Below, piece after piece: positions 56,611-62,266 of a DNA stretch of 62,266 nt. Origin of the DNA: an uncultured Pelagibacteraceae bacterium. GTDB lineage: Bacteria > Pseudomonadota > Alphaproteobacteria > Pelagibacterales > AG-422-B15. The DNA lies in contig CACMAQ010000003.1 of NCBI GenBank assembly GCA_902611715.1, positions 1 to 62,266 of the forward strand, read 5' to 3'. A model generated the notes under the pieces. It was not told the origin of the DNA. It saw only the letters and a program-made list of their open reading frames with translations, and did no database searches. Each line of letters starts with the position of its first letter. Position 1 is the stretch's first letter. Both the position numbers and the translations under genes were made by a program.

Positions 56611-58497
56611 ATGCCTAAATCAGAAAAATTAGAGTTCCAAACAGAAGTCAGCCAGTTGCTGAAATTAATGATCAATTCTGTTTACTCAGAAAAAGAAGTA
56701 TTTGTAAGAGAGCTTGTCTCCAATGCCTCAGACGCATGTGATAAACTTAGATATTTGGCTAATACTAAAGAAAAGTTAATCAAAGATGATCCAAATTTTA
56801 AAATACAGATTGCGATTGATAAAAAAAGTAATTTGATATCAATTTCTGATAACGGAATTGGTATGAATAAAAAAGATCTCGTATCCAATCTAGGGACTAT
56901 TGCTCGTTCTGGTACTGCCCATTTTTTGAAAGAATTATCTGAGTCGAAGACTAAAGATTTATCTCTTATTGGTCAATTTGGTGTTGGTTTCTATTCTGCT
57001 TTTATGGTTGCTTCACAAACAAAAGTTATTACACGAAAAGCTGGAGAAAATAAGATATGGGTATGGACTTCCGATGGGGAAAGCAGTTTTACAATTGAGG
57101 AGACTGAAGACACGAGTCTTATTGCTTCAAATAGAGGAACAACAATTGAACTAACTTTAACAAAGGACTCAAAAGAATATTTAGATAAAGATAGAATTCA
57201 AAATATAATTAGAAGGTATTCTGATCATATAAGTATTCCAATCTATATTAGTGATGGTACTGAAAAAGAAGATGAAACCTTGGAGTCTGTTAATTCTGCA
57301 TCAGCAATTTGGACAAGACCTAAAAATAAAATTTCAGCGGAGCAATACAAAGAGTTTTATAATCATGCAGGACAAATGTTTGATGACCCTTGGATGATAT
57401 CACACTACAAAGCTGAAGGTAAAATTGAGTACACAGTTTTGAATTTTATCCCTTCAACAAAGCCTTTTGATTTATATGACCCTGCTAGAGAAAATAGATT
57501 AAAACTTTATGTTAAACGAGTATTTATAACTGATAATTGTCCTGAACTTATTCCTCCCTATCTTCGCTTCCTTCGTGGTATAATTGACTCGGAAGACTTA
57601 CCCTTAAATATTAGTCGTGAAATGCTTCAAAATAATCCTGTTGTTACTAAAATTAGATCATCTCTAGTCAAACGAACAATATCTGATCTAAAAAAGAAAT
57701 TAGCTAAAGATAGAGAGTCATATGAAAAATTTTGGGAAAATTTTGGCCCAGTTCTTAAAGAGGGTATTTACGAGGATTTTGAAAGAAAAGACTCAATCTT
57801 AGAAATTTCATTATTTAAAAACTCCAAGTCTAGCAAACTGATAACATTGAACGAGTACATAGATTCAATGAGAAAAAAACAAAAGGATATTTATTTTATG
57901 ACAGGAGATAATTATGAAAACATAATTAATAATCCAACCTTAGAGGGCTACAAGTCAAGAGATATTAATGTCTTGATATTAGATGATCCTGTAGATAGTT
58001 TTTGGACATCATCAACACCTGTGTATCTTGAAAAAAATTTCAAATCAGTGACTAGGGGTGCTGATGATCTTGAAAAAATTGATGGTGAAAAAAAAGACAG
58101 TAAGGAAAATAAGTCTGCAGAACCTCTCATAAATTTATTAAAAGAAAAATTAAAAGATAAAGTAAAAGATGTCAGAATTTCATCAAGACTTACTGACAGT
58201 GCGGTATGCTTAGTTAGTGATGAAGGAGCAATGGACTCTCAACTCGAAAAAATACTTCAACAGCATAATCAACTCAACCAGGGTTTATCATTAAAGGTCA
58301 TGGAAATAAATCCAAATCACAAACTTATAAAAAAACTATCTAAAATGAGCAAAGATAAGAACAAGATTGGAGAAGTAGAAAATATTTCTATTTTGTTATA
58401 TGAACAATCAAAAATTCTCGATGGTGAAAAACCATCGGATCCAATTGAGTTTTCAAAAAAATTGATAAATACAATTTATAGTGCAATTGAAAATTAG
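56611..58497 (+). CDS. htpG: Molecular chaperone HtpG (Hsp90)
   Basis: Start set to ATG 56611 (MPKSEKLEFQTE); the track begins at TTG 56596. HATPase motif ELVSNASDACDKLRY and GQFGVGFYS. Confidence 0.95.
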   Translation: MPKSEKLEFQTEVSQLLKLMINSVYSEKEVFVRELVSNASDACDKLRYLANTKEKLIKDDPNFKIQIAIDKKSNLISISDNGIGMNKKDLVSNLGTIARSGTAHFLKELSESKTKDLSLIGQFGVGFYSAFMVASQTKVITRKAGENKIWVWTSDGESSFTIEETEDTSLIASNRGTTIELTLTKDSKEYLDKDRIQNIIRRYSDHISIPIYISDGTEKEDETLESVNSASAIWTRPKNKISAEQYKEFYNHAGQMFDDPWMISHYKAEGKIEYTVLNFIPSTKPFDLYDPARENRLKLYVKRVFITDNCPELIPPYLRFLRGIIDSEDLPLNISREMLQNNPVVTKIRSSLVKRTISDLKKKLAKDRESYEKFWENFGPVLKEGIYEDFERKDSILEISLFKNSKSSKLITLNEYIDSMRKKQKDIYFMTGDNYENIINNPTLEGYKSRDINVLILDDPVDSFWTSSTPVYLEKNFKSVTRGADDLEKIDGEKKDSKENKSAEPLINLLKEKLKDKVKDVRISSRLTDSAVCLVSDEGAMDSQLEKILQQHNQLNQGLSLKVMEINPNHKLIKKLSKMSKDKNKIGEVENISILLYEQSKILDGEKPSDPIEFSKKLINTIYSAIEN

Positions 58498-58565
58498 ATC
58501 TGAAATTAGTACTATTTTAATTTTTATTTTGAAGTATAATTTACAGTCAAACAAAAGGAAAAAGT

Positions 58566-59195
58566 ATGTTTAAAAATATTATTATCTCCCTATCTTTGCT
58601 GTTAATGTCACTTTCATTCAGTAATGCCACAGAACTTAACGAACAAGTTTTTTATAATGGCGAAATAAAAAATGCTTATAATCAAAATGATCTTCCTGTA
58701 TTACCAGGTAATTGGAAAGTATATGATTTAGAAAAATCTGGTAGTGTTCCATCAGGAAATTTCTACGTATATGCAACTTTAGTTCCTGAAGATGTTGGTC
58801 CTACCGACAATGCTTTTAATTTTGATGGAATTAATTATGCGGTCTTGGGATCAAAATCTGAAGAGACTTCATATAGAAAATCATTCTATGCTTGTGATGC
58901 TGGATGGATTACTGATGCTGATGTAACAACCTCAAATATTGACTCCAGAGGCTCTGGAAATTTTGAAGAAACATGCTCAGTGATCGGTGATATTAATCCT
59001 TTTTATACTTTTTTTTATACAGATTGTGACGAAATCTGTGTCGAAGTAAATTTTACATTGCATAGACAAAACTACAGTATAAGTGATGGTGACTTTGCAT
59101 CAGCATCTGATCAAATTTTTAAAGCAATTAGAAATACTGTGAATGGTCAGGGATCAAGTGACCTTAGTCAAATTCTGTCAAATTATAAATCCTAA
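58566..59195 (+). CDS. Secreted hypothetical protein with four Cys
   Basis: 209 aa with signal peptide ...SFSNA-TE, four cysteines and no recognised family. Confidence 0.5.
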   Translation: MFKNIIISLSLLLMSLSFSNATELNEQVFYNGEIKNAYNQNDLPVLPGNWKVYDLEKSGSVPSGNFYVYATLVPEDVGPTDNAFNFDGINYAVLGSKSEETSYRKSFYACDAGWITDADVTTSNIDSRGSGNFEETCSVIGDINPFYTFFYTDCDEICVEVNFTLHRQNYSISDGDFASASDQIFKAIRNTVNGQGSSDLSQILSNYKS

Positions 59196-59201
59196 TTGGG
59201 T

Positions 59202-61883
59202 TTAAGAATTCACTAATTCTTTTAAAACATATTGTAGAATGCCTCCGCTGTTGAGGTATTCTACTTCTGTTGATGTGTTTACTAATAGCTTTATCTCAGT
59301 GGTTATATTTTTACCATTTTTATAAACTATCATTGCATTATAAAAAGATTGAGGTTTTAAATTACCTTTGATCCCACTTATTGTTATTTTTTCTGGGCCT
59401 TCTAATTTTAGAGATTTTCTATTCTCACCATCTTTGAATATAAAAGGGAGTACTCCCATTCCGATTAGGTTAGATCTATGTATCCTCTCATAAGATTCAG
59501 CAATTACCGCTTTAACACCAAGTAAATTAGTTCCTTTTGCTGCCCAGTCTCTTGATGAGCCCATTCCATAATCTTTTCCCGCAATGACAACTAATGGTGT
59601 TTTTGATTTATTGTACTTTATTGAGGCGTCATAAATTGACATTTGTTTTTTAGACGGATAATGAATGGTATATCCACCTTCAATGTTATCTAACATTTCA
59701 TTTTTTATTCTAATATTTGCAAAAGTACCCCTCATCATTATCTCATGATTTCCTCTTCTGGCACCAAACGAGTTAAAATCAATTTTTTTAATTTTCTTTG
59801 ATTTAAGATAATCACCGGCAGGACTATCTTCCTTAATGGCTCCAGCAGGGCTGATGTGGTCCGTTGTTACAGAATCACCAAATATTCCAAGAATATTCGC
59901 ACCTTTAATGTCAGAGATACTATTTAATTCTGAATTTTTAAAAAATGGTGGATGTTGTACGTAGGTGGATTTTTTGTTCCATTTGTATGTTAAACCACTT
60001 GGAGATTTTACTGTATTCCATTTCTTGTCACCTTTAAAAACATTCTTGTAACGTTGCTTATATAAATTTGAGTTAATAATTTTATTCATTACCATTTTTA
60101 TCTCTTTTGATTTTGGCCAAATATCTTTAAGGTAAACAGGTTGGTTGTTTTTTCTATAGCCTATTGGATCCTTTGTTAAGTTAATCTTAGTTGAACCAGC
60201 CAGGGCGTAGGCAACAACAAGAGGGGGTGATGCGAGGTAGTTAGCCTTCACGAAAGGATTAATTCTACCTTCGAAATTTCTATTACCTGATAAAACACCA
60301 CTTACAATTAAGTCATTTTTTGTGATAGCGTCAGAAATATTCTCATCGAGTGGGCCAGAATTTCCAATACATGTTGTACAACCAAAGCCAACCAAATTAA
60401 AACCAAGTTTATCAAGATATTCTTGTAGACCCGATTTCATTAAGTAATCAGTCACCACTTTTGATCCCGGGGCTAAAGATGTTTTTACCCAAGGCTTGCT
60501 TTTAAGCCCCATCTTAATCGCTTTTTGCGCAAGAATTCCAGCCCCTATCATTACACTAGGATTAGAGGTATTGGTGCAACTTGTAATAGCAGCAATAGCG
60601 ACATGCCCATTGTCAATTTGAAATTTTTCATCCTTAACATTTATGGGGTTGTCAATATGCTTTTGACCAAACTCTTTTTCAAAAGATTTTATAAATGTAT
60701 CAGATACATTTGATAATAATATTTTATCTTGTGGTCGTTTTGGACCAGCTAAACTTGGCTCGATACTAGATAAATCTAATTGCATAGTTTCTGTATAAAC
60801 TCTTTTGCTTTTTTTGTAGTCTTCCCATAAATCTTGAGCCTTCGCATATTTTTCGACAAGTTTAATTTCTTCGGAGGATCTACCGCTAACTTTTAGAAAT
60901 TTAATTGTTTCTTCATCGATCGGAAAAAAACCACATGTCGCACCATATTCAGGAGCCATATTTGAAATTGTTGCCCTATCAGGAACTGATAACTCTTTAA
61001 GGCCAGCACCATAAAATTCTACAAACTTCCCTACAACCCCTTTTTGTCTTAGTTGTTCAGTGATTGTTAAAACCAGATCTGTGGCTGTAATACCTTCCTT
61101 TATTTTTCCTTTTATCTCAAATCCTATAACTTCCGGAACTACCATTGAAATTGGCTGGCCTAACATCGCAGCCTCAGCTTCTATTCCGCCTACTCCCCAT
61201 CCGAGCACAGATAAACCATTTATCATAGTCGTATGGCTGTCTGTTCCAACCACAGTGTCTGGATAAGCTAAATTCAAATTTCTATTTTTAATTTTTTTCT
61301 TCTCAGACCAAACAGTCTTGGCAAGATATTCCAGATTTACCTGGTGGCAAATACCTGTACCAGGTGGTACAACACGAAAGTTATTAAAGGATTTTTGCCC
61401 CCATCTCAAGAATTCATATCTTTCAATGTTTCTTTTATATTCTAAATCTACATTCGCTTTGTAGGAAGTTGCTGAGCCGTACTTATCAACCATCACAGAG
61501 TGATCTATTACTAGATCAACTGGCGATAAAGGATTTACTTTTTTAGGGTCTCCTTTCTCACTCATAATTGCAGACCTCATAGATGCAAGGTCAACAACCG
61601 CTGGTACGCCTGTAAAATCTTGCATTAAGACCCTCGCAGGTCTAAAATTGATTTCTCTATTAATTTTTTTATTAGTTTTCCAGTTATCAAAATCTTTAAT
61701 GTCATTCACACTGACAGTAGTGCCATCCTCGTTTCTTATGAGATTCTCCAAGAGTACTTTTATTGAAAATGGCAATGAAGAGATGTTTTTAAGACCATTT
61801 TTTTCAGCAGCTTTGAAGCTGAAATAGGTGTAGGTTTTTTTTCCTATTTTTAGTGTTTTTTTTGTCTTTAAGCTGTCGTACAT
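59202..61883 (-). CDS. acnA: Aconitate hydratase A
   Basis: 893 aa with DSHTTM and the Fe-S ligand region GCTTCIGNSG. Confidence 0.95.
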   Translation of the reverse strand: MYDSLKTKKTLKIGKKTYTYFSFKAAEKNGLKNISSLPFSIKVLLENLIRNEDGTTVSVNDIKDFDNWKTNKKINREINFRPARVLMQDFTGVPAVVDLASMRSAIMSEKGDPKKVNPLSPVDLVIDHSVMVDKYGSATSYKANVDLEYKRNIERYEFLRWGQKSFNNFRVVPPGTGICHQVNLEYLAKTVWSEKKKIKNRNLNLAYPDTVVGTDSHTTMINGLSVLGWGVGGIEAEAAMLGQPISMVVPEVIGFEIKGKIKEGITATDLVLTITEQLRQKGVVGKFVEFYGAGLKELSVPDRATISNMAPEYGATCGFFPIDEETIKFLKVSGRSSEEIKLVEKYAKAQDLWEDYKKSKRVYTETMQLDLSSIEPSLAGPKRPQDKILLSNVSDTFIKSFEKEFGQKHIDNPINVKDEKFQIDNGHVAIAAITSCTNTSNPSVMIGAGILAQKAIKMGLKSKPWVKTSLAPGSKVVTDYLMKSGLQEYLDKLGFNLVGFGCTTCIGNSGPLDENISDAITKNDLIVSGVLSGNRNFEGRINPFVKANYLASPPLVVAYALAGSTKINLTKDPIGYRKNNQPVYLKDIWPKSKEIKMVMNKIINSNLYKQRYKNVFKGDKKWNTVKSPSGLTYKWNKKSTYVQHPPFFKNSELNSISDIKGANILGIFGDSVTTDHISPAGAIKEDSPAGDYLKSKKIKKIDFNSFGARRGNHEIMMRGTFANIRIKNEMLDNIEGGYTIHYPSKKQMSIYDASIKYNKSKTPLVVIAGKDYGMGSSRDWAAKGTNLLGVKAVIAESYERIHRSNLIGMGVLPFIFKDGENRKSLKLEGPEKITISGIKGNLKPQSFYNAMIVYKNGKNITTEIKLLVNTSTEVEYLNSGGILQYVLKELVNS

Positions 61884-61942
61884 AGAGGTTTACTGCTGCT
61901 ATATTTAGACTAATTTAACAAGCTATCAACATAAAGTTTATA

Positions 61943-62266
61943 ATGAACGAATTAAAAATTGAGGATTTGAGCTGTAAAAGAGGGGAAAGCAAAGTTCTCA
62001 ATAATATTAATCTTACTATTAAGTCTGGTGAAACATTGGTTGTAAAAGGACGAAATGGTTCTGGCAAAACTACCCTCTTAAGAATTTTATCCAATTTTAT
62101 AACATCCTATCATGGCAAGGTATCATTAAATGATCTGAGTATACTTGAGGACAATTTATATAATAATAAGTTCAACCTCATTGGTCAAAAGAACTCTCTT
62201 AAAGATAATCTTTCAATAAAAAAAAATTTAGAGCTATGGGATATTCTCTTTAATGAAACTATTGAT
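61943..62266 (+). CDS. ccmA: ABC transporter ATP-binding protein, probably heme exporter CcmA; first 108 codons, runs off the window end
   Basis: Not in the ORF track because it is truncated. My translation is MNELKIEDLSCKRGESKVLNNINLTIKSGETLVVKGRNGSGKTTLLRIL... It has Walker A GRNGSGKTT, and the LSC.RG pattern is typical of CcmA. Confidence 0.6.
   Translation, partial: MNELKIEDLSCKRGESKVLNNINLTIKSGETLVVKGRNGSGKTTLLRILSNFITSYHGKVSLNDLSILEDNLYNNKFNLIGQKNSLKDNLSIKKNLELWDILFNETID

Noticed and set aside
59204-59221. Hairpin AAGAATT-CACT-AATTCTT between the converging secreted-protein gene and acnA, as a bidirectional terminator
   Set aside because: The stem is a 7-bp A/T-rich one lying inside the last acnA codons, with only a short T-run. 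It is too weak to call.
1-62266. Search by eye for CRISPR arrays, IS elements, rRNA, riboswitches, toxin-antitoxin pairs or defence genes
   Set aside because: I saw no spaced direct-repeat array, transposase, integrase or nuclease-helicase defence signature. No non-coding stretch is longer than 273 bp. The three longest spacers (2262-2534, 19455-19688, 39793-40027) show no riboswitch-like conserved cores that I recognise. A covariance-model scan (Rfam) would be needed to exclude small RNAs.

Overview
This is a gene-dense, AT-rich chromosomal segment: hand-counted 60-nt lines run from 18% to 52% GC, and most of the window looks near 30%. Gene order is clearly alphaproteobacterial, and the tight packing and many ATGA/TAATG junctions fit a streamlined marine Pelagibacterales (SAR11)-like genome. 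I call 63 protein-coding genes (two truncated at the window edges, one missing from the ORF track because it is under 60 aa) and one tRNA-Gly(GCC). I found no rRNA, CRISPR array, transposase, integrase or phage gene. The left end looks like the replication-origin neighbourhood: dnaQ-coaE-aroE-maf read leftward, a 273-bp spacer follows, then hemE-hemH-hemJ-rho, mnmE-mnmG-rsmG-parA-parB read rightward. A perfect parS palindrome sits inside rsmG. The rest is mostly housekeeping: leuS-lptE-holA, ftsK-lolA, purH-rpe, acs, gpsA-tsaD, hemC-hemD, folD, argG, rlmN, htpG and acnA, with ccmA starting at the right edge. I see no clear-cut new defence or mobile system. The best candidates for poorly understood biology are: (1) a DUF1302 / DUF1329 / BNR(Ycf48-like) envelope trio at 40.0-45.3 kb, with an oversized barrel, a GC shift and no RND partner in view; (2) a TPR-sulfotransferase coupled by overlapping stop/start codons into the conserved leuS-lptE-holA unit; (3) the candidate oriC and the dual-coding parS; (4) a 14-bp perfect inverted repeat in the divergent promoter region of a porin-like gene; (5) an unlisted 51-aa DUF1674/SDHAF4-like ORF; (6) an OmpR-type regulator with a degenerate receiver next to a signal-less YkuD-fold protein. 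All functional calls rest on motif recognition by eye. No database search was run.
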